Positions 1 through 8,786 of a stretch of DNA of 37,387 bases are shown here, piece by piece (positions within the stretch are counted from its first letter, which is position 1; every line of letters starts with the position of its first letter). The DNA is taken from assembly GCA_964589025.1 (NCBI GenBank), contig CAZPSB010000001.1, positions 1 to 37,387 on the forward strand, given 5' to 3'. The notes under the pieces were generated by a model that was not told the DNA's origin, did no database searches, and worked only from the letters and a program-made list of their open reading frames with translations. This stretch comes from an uncultured Jannaschia sp. GTDB taxonomy: Bacteria; Pseudomonadota; Alphaproteobacteria; Rhodobacterales; Rhodobacteraceae. The position numbers and the translations under genes were made by a program.

Positions 1-137
1 GACGCCAGGAACGCTTCATCCACCCCGTTTATGGCATAGCTGGCCGGGCCGTCCATGTCGGGGCTCTGGGCCTGCACCGGGGCAAAGACCGCCGAGGCCA
101 ATGTCGCAACACTGCCCCCGAGCATCGAGGCGATCAC
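1..137 (-). CDS. 5' end of a hypothetical exported/membrane protein (gene runs off the window start; start codon uncertain)
   Basis: A minus-strand frame is open from 236 to the window edge. It reads ...LVLCAAVFFAVIASMLGGSVATLASAVFAPVQAQSPDMDGPASYAINGVDEAFLA, a hydrophobic signal/TM segment followed by soluble sequence. The first canonical starts are GTG at 137 and ATG at 125. It is absent from the ORF track because it has no stop in the window. The co-phased plus-strand frame is Arg/Gly/His-rich and implausible. Confidence 0.3.
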   Translation of the reverse strand, partial: MIASMLGGSVATLASAVFAPVQAQSPDMDGPASYAINGVDEAFLA

Positions 138-308
138 CGCAAAGAAGACCGCGGCGCACAGGACCAGGCCGGTCGGGCTTTGCCACAGGATGGCCGCCAG
201 ACGGCACAGGATTTGATCGAAGAATTGCGCCGCAGATCAGGCGACCAAACCCGCCCCCAAATCGAACTGGATTATCTAAGACGATTACTGGATGACTTTT
301 AGCGCTGT

Positions 309-1046
309 TTATTCAATGGCATCTAGTTGGTTTTGCATCCATGCGCCAACAATTTGGCCATTATCTTCAAGGATCACGCGCAGATCATTGACTTGGGCTG
401 TATAGATTTCAAGATAAGGAGCGGCCTCGGGGATAAGGGTAGCAAGACGATCTGCTTCGATATAAATTGCGGCGGCCAATGCGCCCAATGCCAACCCAAT
501 TACAAATCCCAACTGTATTCTGTTGCGTTTGCGTAGGGCGCGTTTGCGCGCGGCGCGGGCCTTGGCGATTGTGGTGGGTGCATCCCAACCATCATCGGAT
601 TCATACCAGGTATTGCCACCATAATCGGAACGCACTGTTTCCACGCCGGCGGCGTTGCGCGATGGTTTAAGGGGCGGTCGCGCGGGTTGATTTTGCGTGG
701 CCGGGGGGGGGTGTGATTCGTATTGGGCCTGTGTGGCCGCCCCATCTGTGCCCCCGGTTTTACCCCTTAAGCGGGCCTCGCGTTCGGCTTCGGCGCGCAG
801 GATTTCACGCACCTCTGGGTCGATGCTATGTTTTGGGCTGCGCGGGGGGGGCATGTAGGGTGGGGGCGCAGATGCCGGGGGATTGTAGGGCGGCGGGGAT
901 ACGGATGTATTGGTTTTATTGGGTACAATGCCTTTTTGATACCAAGATGCAGCACAGTTTGAACATTTCACATACCGCCCGGATACGGGGATAAGGCTGT
1001 CGTCTATTTCGTATTTTGCACCACAATTCGGACAGTCTAAGCGCAT
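309..1046 (-). CDS. MJ0042-type zinc-ribbon protein with Pro-rich linker and one TM segment (ZitP/DUF3426-like architecture)
   Basis: The N-terminus MRLDCPNCGAKYEIDDSLIP...VKCSNCAASW has two CxxC pairs, followed by the Pro-rich stretch SPPPYNPPASAPPPYMPPPRSP. A hydrophobic helix (LGFVIGLALGALAAAIYI) precedes a C-terminal domain. Divergent from ftsE. Confidence 0.7.
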   Translation of the reverse strand: MRLDCPNCGAKYEIDDSLIPVSGRYVKCSNCAASWYQKGIVPNKTNTSVSPPPYNPPASAPPPYMPPPRSPKHSIDPEVREILRAEAEREARLRGKTGGTDGAATQAQYESHPPPATQNQPARPPLKPSRNAAGVETVRSDYGGNTWYESDDGWDAPTTIAKARAARKRALRKRNRIQLGFVIGLALGALAAAIYIEADRLATLIPEAAPYLEIYTAQVNDLRVILEDNGQIVGAWMQNQLDAIE

Positions 1047-1235
1047 AATTATCCCTTATCACACAGGCCGGTCCATGTAACGATATGCACCCTATATTCA
1101 AGCCCGTCTTTTCATTATAGATATTAACAGGATCGCGCGGGCTTTCCAAGTTATCTGGAACGATGCGCGCGATAGATTGCATATCGATCATAGTCATTGC
1201 ATGACCTAAAACAGAGGCGGAAAACAGGGACAATC

Positions 1236-1913
1236 ATGATTGAATTTACGGATCTCAGTTATGGATACACGGATACGCCTCTTTTTGCGGATGTGAATAT
1301 CACATTGATGCCGGGCAGTTTTCATTTTCTGACCGGCCCGTCAGGCGCGGGCAAAACCACTTTGATGCGGTTATGTTATGGTGAATTATTCCCATCCGCT
1401 GGCAATGTGTCGGTCTTTGGTCAATCGACCCATGATATGGATCGTGATCAGATTTCCCGCCTACGGCGACGTGTGGGCATGATTCATCAAAATTGCCAGT
1501 TTCTGGATCACCTAAGCCTGTGTGACAATATCGCGCTTCCGCTTAAATTGGCGCGCCAAACCCATAATGCCGATGATATGGATATCGCGCATCTTATGTC
1601 ATGGGTGGGCCTAACTGCGCGCCAAGATGCCTATCCCCCTGAATTATCGGGGGGTGAACGCCAACGCGCGGCTTTGGCCCGTGCCTTGATCACCAACCCT
1701 GATGTGATTTTTGCCGATGAACCAACCGGCAATATTGATTGGGATATGTCGATGACGGTTCTGGATTATCTGGTGCAAATGCATCAGGCCGGCAAAACCA
1801 TTTTGATTGCAACCCATGATCTGGGCCTTGTGCGCGCGGCCAAACAAATGACTGTGGCGCGGGTGTTGCGTATCAACCAAGGCAGTCTTGAAATCGCGGG
1901 GACAGATCTGTGA
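1236..1913 (+). CDS. ftsE: Cell division ATP-binding protein FtsE
   Basis: Walker A GPSGAGKTT, ABC signature LSGGERQR and Walker B VIFADEPT are present. An FtsX-like permease follows with a GTGA overlap. I prefer ATG 1236 (MIEFTDL...; AGGGA upstream) over the TTG at 1197 used by the ORF track. Confidence 0.9.
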   Translation: MIEFTDLSYGYTDTPLFADVNITLMPGSFHFLTGPSGAGKTTLMRLCYGELFPSAGNVSVFGQSTHDMDRDQISRLRRRVGMIHQNCQFLDHLSLCDNIALPLKLARQTHNADDMDIAHLMSWVGLTARQDAYPPELSGGERQRAALARALITNPDVIFADEPTGNIDWDMSMTVLDYLVQMHQAGKTILIATHDLGLVRAAKQMTVARVLRINQGSLEIAGTDL

Positions 1914-2812
1914 TCAGACAACCTGATGATAATGCGCCCTTGGCGATGGCATCATTGCCTAGTGACAGCGCGCTTTTGACCGATCGTTTGAACGGTCTTG
2001 TTTTGGCCATGGGGGCGGCCTTGGCCCTTATGGCGGTTTTGGTGTTTATGTTTGTGAACGGGGCCGCGCGTGTCACGCAATCGTGGTCTGATCGTCTTGA
2101 GGCGGGCACCACCATTCGTTTATCCGGCCCTCATGCCACTACCATCCCGCAGGCCGAGGCCATCGTAGATGCCCTATCCCCCCTGCCGGGTGTGGCGCGG
2201 GTGCAGATTATGACCGATGCCGATCAGGCCCGCCTTTTGGAACCTTGGCTTGGCCCCGATATTGCGGTGGATGCGTTGAATTTACCGCAGATGGTGACGG
2301 TTTTTGAAACCTCAAACGGTTATGATCCGAATGTGTTGGCGGCCCGCATTTCGGCGATTGCCCCGGATGCGGTGATTGATGACCATCGGCGGTGGTATCG
2401 GCCTTTGATACGTGCAGCCACCCGGTTTCAGGTCATCGGATGGCTGGTTTTGATATTGGTTTTGGGTGTTTTCGCTTCTCTGATGATGTTGGCCCTGAAA
2501 TCGGCGCTGGCGGCAAACCGGCAGGTGATTGCCGTGTTGCGCCTGATTGGCGGCGAAGATCGGTTTATTCAACGCCTTTTCATGCGCCGTTTTGTGATCT
2601 TGGCGATATTGGGGGCGTTGATTGGGACAATCCTTGCGGTGGGTCTTTTGTTTTATCTGGCCTATGGCGGGGTTGAAAATGTGTTTGGCCTGCGGTTGCG
2701 GCCTGAAGGCGCAGATTGGGGTGTTGTGGCTTTGATTTTGATGTTTTCGGCATTTAGCACGGCGGTTTTGTCATTCAGAACGGTCAAACTAGCCTTGCAG
2801 GCCTATCCATGA
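1910..2812 (+). CDS. ftsX: Cell division permease-like protein FtsX
   Basis: 300 aa with an N-terminal TM, a periplasmic domain and three C-terminal TM helices, typical of alphaproteobacterial FtsX. Its start overlaps the ftsE stop (GTGA at 1910-1913). Confidence 0.85.
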   Translation: MIRQPDDNAPLAMASLPSDSALLTDRLNGLVLAMGAALALMAVLVFMFVNGAARVTQSWSDRLEAGTTIRLSGPHATTIPQAEAIVDALSPLPGVARVQIMTDADQARLLEPWLGPDIAVDALNLPQMVTVFETSNGYDPNVLAARISAIAPDAVIDDHRRWYRPLIRAATRFQVIGWLVLILVLGVFASLMMLALKSALAANRQVIAVLRLIGGEDRFIQRLFMRRFVILAILGALIGTILAVGLLFYLAYGGVENVFGLRLRPEGADWGVVALILMFSAFSTAVLSFRTVKLALQAYP

Positions 2813-3516
2813 TGCAATGGGTGCGATCGGTTTTGTTTGTGGGCCAGATGTATGGGATGATGGCGGTCATGGGCTTGGCCTTTTTGCCTTGGGTTATCCT
2901 AACCCGGCGCGGCGCCTTTGTGGCGGTTCATACCTATACAAAATGGGTCAGATGGAGCGCAGGCTGGATTGTGGGTCTCAAAAGCGAAATTCGCGGCGAT
3001 ATCCCAACGGGCGAGGTATTGATTGCCTCAAAACACCAAAGCTTTTTTGATATTATCATGATTATTTCGGTCATCCCGCGCCCGAAATTCATTATGAAAA
3101 GCAGCCTGCGTTGGGTGCCGATTGTGGGCTATTATGCGCGCCGCATTGGATGCGTGCCTGTGGATCGTGGAAAACGATCAGAGGCGATTCGCACCATGGT
3201 TGCGCAAGTCCAAGATGGGTTGGCCCATCCTGGCCAATTGATTATCTTTCCCCAAGGCACGCGTGTGCCACCGGGGGTCAAGGCGCCGTATAAAATCGGG
3301 GTTGCGGCATTGTATCACGACACCGGGCAGGCTTGCGTTCCTGCGGCCACGAATGTGGGGCAGTTTTGGCCGCGCACCGGCATTTTACGCAAACCCGGTT
3401 TGGCCGTGGTGGAATTTCTGCCACCCATCGCCCCCGGTTTGGACAACCAAACCTTTATGGAAAAGATCGAAACACAAATCGAAGATGCATCTGATAGATT
3501 GATGTTGGGACAATAA
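2809..3516 (+). CDS. Lysophospholipid (1-acyl-sn-glycerol-3-phosphate) acyltransferase family protein
   Basis: Has the HX4D motif (HQSFFD) and an FPQGTR block, plus an N-terminal TM. ATGA overlap with the ftsX stop. Confidence 0.85.
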   Translation: MMQWVRSVLFVGQMYGMMAVMGLAFLPWVILTRRGAFVAVHTYTKWVRWSAGWIVGLKSEIRGDIPTGEVLIASKHQSFFDIIMIISVIPRPKFIMKSSLRWVPIVGYYARRIGCVPVDRGKRSEAIRTMVAQVQDGLAHPGQLIIFPQGTRVPPGVKAPYKIGVAALYHDTGQACVPAATNVGQFWPRTGILRKPGLAVVEFLPPIAPGLDNQTFMEKIETQIEDASDRLMLGQ

Positions 3517-4119
3517 ATGGCCACGATAACCGATATTGAAACCCTAGAGGCCCTATATGACGCGCCCGTTCCACAATCTTTGACCAAGGTGATGACGCGC
3601 CTGACGCCATGTTATCGAAACTGGATCGGGCAGGCCAAATTTTGCATTCTGTCAACCGTCGGGCCTGAAGGCACCGATGCCAGCCCGCGCGGTGATGATG
3701 GCCCGGTGGCCCATATCGCCGATGATCGCACAATTTGGTTGCCCGATTGGCGCGGCAATAACCGGATTGATAGCCTGCGCAATATCGTGCGCGACCCGCG
3801 GGTCAGTGTGATGTTCATGGTGGCGGGTGCATCCAATGTTGTGCGGGTCAATGGGCGCGCGGTTTTGACCAATGATACCAATATCACAGGCCATTTCGCC
3901 CGAAATAACCGCCAGCCTAAACTGGTCATCGCAATCACCATGGATGAGGTCTATTTTCAATGCGCCAAGGCGGTGATGCGGTCGGATTTATGGAATGGGC
4001 AAAAACCGCCCCCCGATTTGCCGAAGGCGGGGCAGTTTCTTAAGGAAATCGACGCCGAATTTGCGGCCAAAGCCTATGATGAAGGCTATGCCGATTACGC
4101 CAAATCCCGCATGTGGTGA
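3517..4119 (+). CDS. Pyridoxamine 5'-phosphate oxidase family (FMN-binding split-barrel) protein
   Basis: 200 aa with a PNPOx-like pattern (GTDASPRGD..., WLPDWRGNNRIDSLRNI, RVNGRA). The start codon directly abuts the preceding stop (TAA ATG at 3514-3519). Confidence 0.7.
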   Translation: MATITDIETLEALYDAPVPQSLTKVMTRLTPCYRNWIGQAKFCILSTVGPEGTDASPRGDDGPVAHIADDRTIWLPDWRGNNRIDSLRNIVRDPRVSVMFMVAGASNVVRVNGRAVLTNDTNITGHFARNNRQPKLVIAITMDEVYFQCAKAVMRSDLWNGQKPPPDLPKAGQFLKEIDAEFAAKAYDEGYADYAKSRMW

Positions 4120-4124
4120 TGGGT

Positions 4125-4565
4125 TTAGGTGGGGTTGACCGTATATCGTGTGGCCATATCATCCAACCCCGCGCGGATAAGGTTGCGCAAGACATCTAAA
4201 TTGATATCCTTGAGCGTGTTTACATAAAGGCAACTTTTGCCATGTTTATGTTTGCCGATGCGATTTAGAATGGATTGAAAATCCTGATATCCGGGCATGA
4301 TATAAATGCTAATCCTAGTTTTGCGTATCGCAAAACCGGTGGCGAAAAACGTGCCTGAATGCCCACTTGCATAGGTATAGGTATAACACCCATACCCGAT
4401 CATGGCCGTGCCTTCGCCCGTGCCCCAAATCTTGGGTCGCCAATCTGTGACGTCTTGAAAGACATCATCAAGAATTTGGGCCTCAACCAGCCTATGATCG
4501 GGTTGAATGGTTTGCAGGTAATTTGCACTGCCAATATCCAAGATTTTGGTCTTGTTTTCGGGCAT
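4125..4565 (-). CDS. DUF1801 (YdhG-like) domain protein
   Basis: 146 aa. The core IGYGCYTYTYASGHSGTFFATGFAIRKTRISIYI matches my memory of the DUF1801 family. The gene is visibly lower in GC than its neighbours. Confidence 0.6.
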   Translation of the reverse strand: MPENKTKILDIGSANYLQTIQPDHRLVEAQILDDVFQDVTDWRPKIWGTGEGTAMIGYGCYTYTYASGHSGTFFATGFAIRKTRISIYIMPGYQDFQSILNRIGKHKHGKSCLYVNTLKDINLDVLRNLIRAGLDDMATRYTVNPT

Positions 4566-4588
4566 CGTATCGTGCGATCAATCAAACA

Positions 4589-5548
4589 TCACCCCGGCAA
4601 TCCTTTTGATCCCAAATCAAGGAATTTTTGCCGCCGGTTTGCGATTAAATCTTTGGGGGCGGTGCCGTCTAGATCATCCAACATGCGTTCAATCGCCGAT
4701 TTCACGCGGGCGATGGCATCATTCTTATGGCGTTGCGCACCGCCCACGGGTTCTTCGATGATCAGATCACACACGCCAAGCGCCTTTAGATCTTGTGCGG
4801 TCAGGCGCAGGGCTTCGGCGGCTTCGCGCATTTTATCGGCATCCTTCCACAGGATCGACGCACAGCCTTCGGGTGAGATCACCGAATAAATCGAATGTTC
4901 CAACATGGCCAATTTATCGGCGGATGCAAAGGCCACGGCCCCGCCTGACCCGCCTTCGCCGATGATGACCGAAATAATCGGCACCCCGATTTGCAGGCAT
5001 TTTTCGGTGGATCGTGCGATGGCCTCGGATTGGCCGCGTTCTTCGGCGCCCTTGCCGGGATAGGCGCCGGGCGTATCCACTAAGGTGATCACAGGCAGGC
5101 CAAATTTATCGGCCAATTCCATCAGGCGAATGGCCTTGCGGTATCCTTCGGGCCGGGCCATGCCGAAATTATGTTCAATCCGGGTTTTGGTATCATGGCC
5201 CTTTTCATGGCCAATCACCATAACGGGTTTGTCATTGAACCGCGCCAATCCCCCCATCACCGCGTGATCATCGGCGAAATTGCGATCGCCTGCCAAGGGG
5301 GTGTATTCATCAAACAGCGCGGCAATATAATCGCTGCAATGGGGGCGATCGGGATGGCGGGCCACCAAACATTTGCGCCATGGCGTCAGATCCTTGTACA
5401 GATCGCGCAGCATGGCGGCGGCCTTTTTATCCAGCGCCTCGGCCTCTTGTTCCAAATCCACCGCTTCGCTGCTGCGGGCCATGGCGCGCAATTCTTCTGC
5501 TTTACCTTCTATTTCGGCAAGCGGTTTTTCGAAATCGAGATAATTCAT
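4589..5548 (-). CDS. accA: Acetyl-CoA carboxylase carboxyltransferase subunit alpha
   Basis: Canonical N-terminus [16 protein letters not shown] and conserved core ([30 protein letters not shown]). I chose ATG 5548 (AAGGTGG upstream) rather than the GTG at 5560. Confidence 0.95.
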   Translation of the reverse strand: MNYLDFEKPLAEIEGKAEELRAMARSSEAVDLEQEAEALDKKAAAMLRDLYKDLTPWRKCLVARHPDRPHCSDYIAALFDEYTPLAGDRNFADDHAVMGGLARFNDKPVMVIGHEKGHDTKTRIEHNFGMARPEGYRKAIRLMELADKFGLPVITLVDTPGAYPGKGAEERGQSEAIARSTEKCLQIGVPIISVIIGEGGSGGAVAFASADKLAMLEHSIYSVISPEGCASILWKDADKMREAAEALRLTAQDLKALGVCDLIIEEPVGGAQRHKNDAIARVKSAIERMLDDLDGTAPKDLIANRRQKFLDLGSKGLPG

Positions 5549-5756
5549 ACCCTCGGCCACCTTATTCCTTTTGGTGTCTGTTCATCACATATGGCCGTGC
5601 TTGTGCCAAGATGCAACGCCGCACCGGGCCAAGATGTGCAAATCTGTTCACATTTAGGCTGGCTTTGGCCGATTTTGATGGCATGTGCGTCACAATTTAC
5701 GAAATCATCCAAGCCAAACCTTGTGAGCCGGGGCGGCGCGCTCTAGATGCAGGTAT

Positions 5757-6557
5757 ATGAAAGCATATATTCCTTTTTTAAATTCTGATCCCGTGGTGCC
5801 GGTGATCCGATTGTCGGGCGTGATTGCCGCGGCTAACCGGGCGGGCGCGTTGAATGATGCCACCCTTACGCCTGTGATTGAAAAGGCCTTTGGGCGTGGC
5901 AAACCCGTGGCGGTGGCCTTGGCCATCAATTCGCCCGGCGGCAGCCCGGTGCAATCATCGCTGGTTGCCGCGCGCATTCGCCGCCTGGCGGATGAAAAAA
6001 ACATTCCCGTTCATGCCTTTGTCGAAGATGTCGCCGCATCGGGCGGGTATTGGTTGGCCTGTGCCGCCGATCATATCTGGATTGATGACAGTTCGATTGT
6101 GGGCTCCATCGGGGTGATTTCGGCCAGTTTCGGGTTTCATAAGGTGATGAAACAATTGGGCATTGACCGCCGGGTTTACACCGCAGGCAAAGATAAATCT
6201 GTGCTGGATCCATTTCGCGCCGAACGCCCTGATGATGTTGAACGTCTGAAAGATCTGCAAACCCAGATCCATGCCGCCTTTATCGACCATGTGAAATCCC
6301 GCCGGGGCGCGCGATTGGACGCGGATGAAGACCTGTTTACCGGCGCGTTTTGGTTGGGCCGCAAAGCGGTATCATTGGGTTTGGCCGATGGCATTGCGCA
6401 TTTGGTGCCCAAGATGAAAGAACTTTACGGCGAAAAAACCCGATTTGTGCCATTGGGGCCAAAGCGCGGGGTCTTGCAACGTTTTGGTGCATCTTTGGCG
6501 TCATCTGCTTTGGCTTCGGTCAACGATCAGGCCCATTGGGGCCGGTTCGGGTTATGA
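5757..6557 (+). CDS. S49 family peptidase (SppA/SohB-like)
   Basis: 266 aa with INSPGGSPV and the AASGGYWLA serine block typical of short alphaproteobacterial S49 peptidases. Confidence 0.85.
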   Translation: MKAYIPFLNSDPVVPVIRLSGVIAAANRAGALNDATLTPVIEKAFGRGKPVAVALAINSPGGSPVQSSLVAARIRRLADEKNIPVHAFVEDVAASGGYWLACAADHIWIDDSSIVGSIGVISASFGFHKVMKQLGIDRRVYTAGKDKSVLDPFRAERPDDVERLKDLQTQIHAAFIDHVKSRRGARLDADEDLFTGAFWLGRKAVSLGLADGIAHLVPKMKELYGEKTRFVPLGPKRGVLQRFGASLASSALASVNDQAHWGRFGL

Positions 6558-6558
6558 C

Positions 6559-6765
6559 ATGATGATTAAAATCGTCACGCTTTTCCTAATTTTTATGGCT
6601 GTTCTGGCCATGTTCGGGCGGTTGCGATTGCCCAAAATTGGAGGCCGCGATGCATCGCGCAAACCCAACCGCCTTCCTAAGCCCCGGCTTTGCCATAAAT
6701 GCGGCAAATACCAGTTAAAGGGTGAAACCTGCCCCGATTGCCCTGAAGATAAAGGGCGGAAATAA
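6559..6765 (+). CDS. Small membrane-anchored zinc-ribbon protein (hypothetical)
   Basis: MMIKIVTLFLIFMAVLAMFG is an N-terminal TM, followed by a basic linker and CHKCGKY...CPDC (C4 ribbon). The ATG lies 1 nt after the S49 stop and the ORF ends 3 nt before the antiporter start. The ORF track's longer form (from 6445) would overlap the S49 gene. Confidence 0.55.
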   Translation: MMIKIVTLFLIFMAVLAMFGRLRLPKIGGRDASRKPNRLPKPRLCHKCGKYQLKGETCPDCPEDKGRK

Positions 6766-6768
6766 TAA

Positions 6769-7710
6769 ATGCTTGTCGATTTTGCGATGTCTGGCCTTGG
6801 CCTTGTGATCCTTTTGCTTGCGGGGGATTTTTTGGTCAAAGGCGCGGTTAACCTAAGCCTGCGTTTGGGTATTCCCGCGCTATTGATCAGCCTGACAATC
6901 GTGGCTTTTGGCACATCTGCGCCTGAATTGTTAATCGCTATTCAATCGGTTTGGGATGGTCACCCCGGTTTGGCCTTGGGCAATGTGATTGGGTCCAATA
7001 CGGCCAATATCTTGTTGGTATTGGGTGTGCCCGCCCTTATCATCAGCCTATCCGGCCAAAGCGACACACGCCAAAGTTTTGGGTTCATGATTTTGGGCAG
7101 TGCGTTATTTGTTGCCTTGTTGTTCATTGGCCCGCTGGTTTGGTGGCATGGGTTGGTTTTATTGGCCGCCCTGTCTATTTTCATGGGCATGTCCGTTTAT
7201 GATCATCGCCAAAAGGCGGGATGTGTTGAACCGGATGAAGATGAATTAGAAGGCGCCGACCCCAATATCAAAACATGGCAAATCGTGGTGTTTTTATGCA
7301 TGGGCATTATCGGCCTGCCGGTTGGGGCGCATATTCTGGTGGAATATTCGGTGTCGATTGCAACTGGTTTTGGCATTAGTGACACCGTAATCGGGCTGAC
7401 TTTGGTGGCGATTGGCACATCTTTGCCGGAACTTGCGACCTCGGTCATGGCGGCGGTGCGGCGGCAGGCAGATGTGGCGATTGGCAATGTGATCGGGTCA
7501 AATATATTCAACCTGTTGGGCATTATTGGCGTCACGGCGGTGATTGGGCGCATACCGGTTGATCCAGCCCTGTTGCGGTTTGACATCTGGGTGATGTTGG
7601 GCGCGTCGCTTTTTCTTGTGCCGGTTGTATTTTTCGTCTGGCGCATCGGGCGGGGGGTTGGCGCGCTGTTTTGTGCGCTTTATGCGGCCTATCTGTTTGT
7701 TTTGTTCTAA
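6769..7710 (+). CDS. Calcium/sodium antiporter (CaCA / YrbG family)
   Basis: Two internal repeats carry GTSAPEL and GTSLPELATS alpha-repeat motifs and GNV(I)GSN blocks. About 10 TM helices. Confidence 0.9.
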   Translation: MLVDFAMSGLGLVILLLAGDFLVKGAVNLSLRLGIPALLISLTIVAFGTSAPELLIAIQSVWDGHPGLALGNVIGSNTANILLVLGVPALIISLSGQSDTRQSFGFMILGSALFVALLFIGPLVWWHGLVLLAALSIFMGMSVYDHRQKAGCVEPDEDELEGADPNIKTWQIVVFLCMGIIGLPVGAHILVEYSVSIATGFGISDTVIGLTLVAIGTSLPELATSVMAAVRRQADVAIGNVIGSNIFNLLGIIGVTAVIGRIPVDPALLRFDIWVMLGASLFLVPVVFFVWRIGRGVGALFCALYAAYLFVLF

Positions 7711-7722
7711 AAGGGGGCGGGT

Positions 7723-8499
7723 ATGATTGCCTTAGTCACAGGCGCGGCCAAACGATTGGGCCGTGATATTGCGATTGATCTGGCGCGGCGCGGCTATGAC
7801 ATCGCCCTGCATTACGCCAGCAGCCTTGAGGCCGCCGAAGACACCGCCGAAACGATCAAGGCTTTGGGCCGGCGTGTTGTGTTGCTTAGGGCTGATCTAT
7901 TGGACGAAACCGCGACACAGGCCCTGTTGCCGCGTGCGGTGCAGGCATTGGGCGGGCCGGTGACGGTTTTGGTTAATAATGCGTCTATCTTTGAATATGA
8001 TAATCTGCACACCGCCACGCGGGCCAGTTGGGATAGGCATTTTGAATCGAACCTGCGCGCGCCCTTTGTTTTGACCCAAGCCTTGGCCGCGCAGATCCCC
8101 GATGTGGTGGCTGATGAAAACGGCGAACCCTTGGCGCAGGGGTTGGTCATCAATATGATTGACCAACGTGTGCAAAAACCAACGCCCGAATTCATGACTT
8201 ATAGTTTGGCCAAAATGGGGCTGTGGGCTTTGACGCAAACCGCGGCCCAGGCTCTGGCGCCCAAGGTGCGTGTGAATGCCATCGGCCCCGGCCCCACGAT
8301 GCAGGGCACCCGCCAATCCAAGGCGCATTTCGCCGCCCAACGGGCGGCCACCATTTTGCAACGTGGCGCAGATGCGCAGGGCATCACGCAGGCCATTGGG
8401 TATTTCCTTGCGGCGCGCAGTGTGACCGGCCAATTGATTTGCGTGGATGGCGGTCAACATTTGGCATGGCAAACCCCGGATGTTTTGGGCGTTGAATGA
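7723..8499 (+). CDS. SDR family oxidoreductase (pteridine reductase/FolM-like)
   Basis: TGAAKRLG cofactor motif, NNAS, and the catalytic YSLAK (YxxxK). Confidence 0.8.
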   Translation: MIALVTGAAKRLGRDIAIDLARRGYDIALHYASSLEAAEDTAETIKALGRRVVLLRADLLDETATQALLPRAVQALGGPVTVLVNNASIFEYDNLHTATRASWDRHFESNLRAPFVLTQALAAQIPDVVADENGEPLAQGLVINMIDQRVQKPTPEFMTYSLAKMGLWALTQTAAQALAPKVRVNAIGPGPTMQGTRQSKAHFAAQRAATILQRGADAQGITQAIGYFLAARSVTGQLICVDGGQHLAWQTPDVLGVE

Positions 8500-8582
8500 T
8501 TTTGCGCCAGTTTTCCACCGCAGCCCTGTGTGTGAAACTGTTGCAATCATGCCATGCCATATGTGGTGTTAACCCCCGAGAT

Positions 8583-8608
8583 TTGAATTAAATTTCTTTT
8601 TAATTCAA
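8583..8608. repeat. Perfect 10-bp inverted repeat TTGAATTAAA-N6-TTTAATTCAA; function unknown (terminator of the SDR gene or a protein-binding palindrome)
   Basis: Read directly: 8583-8592 is the reverse complement of 8599-8608. A short GGCG/CGCC hairpin (8609-8625) and a T-rich run follow. Confidence 0.5.
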
Positions 8609-8687
8609 GGCGTTAAAAATTCGCCTAATTTTCGGGCAATTCCCAGAACCCCTGAAAAAACAAAAGAAAAAACGGGTTGTCAAAGTT

Positions 8688-8708
8688 TTATCCAAAGGCT
8701 TATCCACA
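8688..8708 (+). promoter_or_regulatory. Two direct DnaA-box-like 9-mers upstream of uvrC (TTATCCAAA and TTATCCACA)
   Basis: 8700-8708 equals the E. coli-type DnaA box consensus TTATCCACA, and 8688-8696 differs from it at one position. A weaker inverted copy, GTGGACA, lies at 8714-8720. Confidence 0.35.
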
Positions 8709-8786
8709 GGATCGGTGGACATAGATACCCTTGATCTGTTTTGTGTTTCATTGCAGCCAAAGAAGGAATCGTATTAGGGGTATTTC

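Noticed and set aside
101-295. 64-aa plus-strand ORF at the window start.
   Set aside because: It is an Arg/Pro-rich low-complexity translation. The opposite strand gives a plausible signal/TM-containing protein instead.
5171-5746. 191-aa plus-strand ORF antisense to accA.
   Set aside because: It lies entirely inside a confidently identified gene on the other strand. The translation is low-complexity (G/A/H/I-rich) with no recognisable motifs, a typical shadow ORF.
7897-8550. 217-aa minus-strand ORF opposite the SDR gene. Similar antisense ORFs lie at 10402-10926 and 32959-33582.
   Set aside because: All are co-phased antisense frames of confidently called genes. Their products are Arg/Pro/Gly/His-rich with no motifs.
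8588-8616. CtrA-like TTAA repeats in the AT-rich region upstream of uvrC, and TTATAGATATTAAC near 1108-1121 upstream of ftsE.
   Set aside because: The spacings between TTAA half-sites are N8, N9 and N5, not the required N7.
8645-8660. Alphaproteobacterial LexA box (GAAC-N7-GAAC / GTTC-N7-GTTC) upstream of uvrC: GAACCCCTGAAAAAAC.
   Set aside because: With N7 spacing the second half-site reads AAAA. AAAC is obtained only with N8, so this is neither the right spacing nor the right half-site.
8575-8720. Chromosomal replication origin (AT-rich tract plus DnaA boxes).
   Set aside because: There are only two or three boxes in a 287-nt gap. The neighbourhood (SDR / uvrC-pgsA-moaDE) is not a typical alphaproteobacterial origin context, no CtrA or IHF-type sites are recognisable, and no strand-bias switch in gene orientation is visible. 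I kept it as a DnaA-box finding only.
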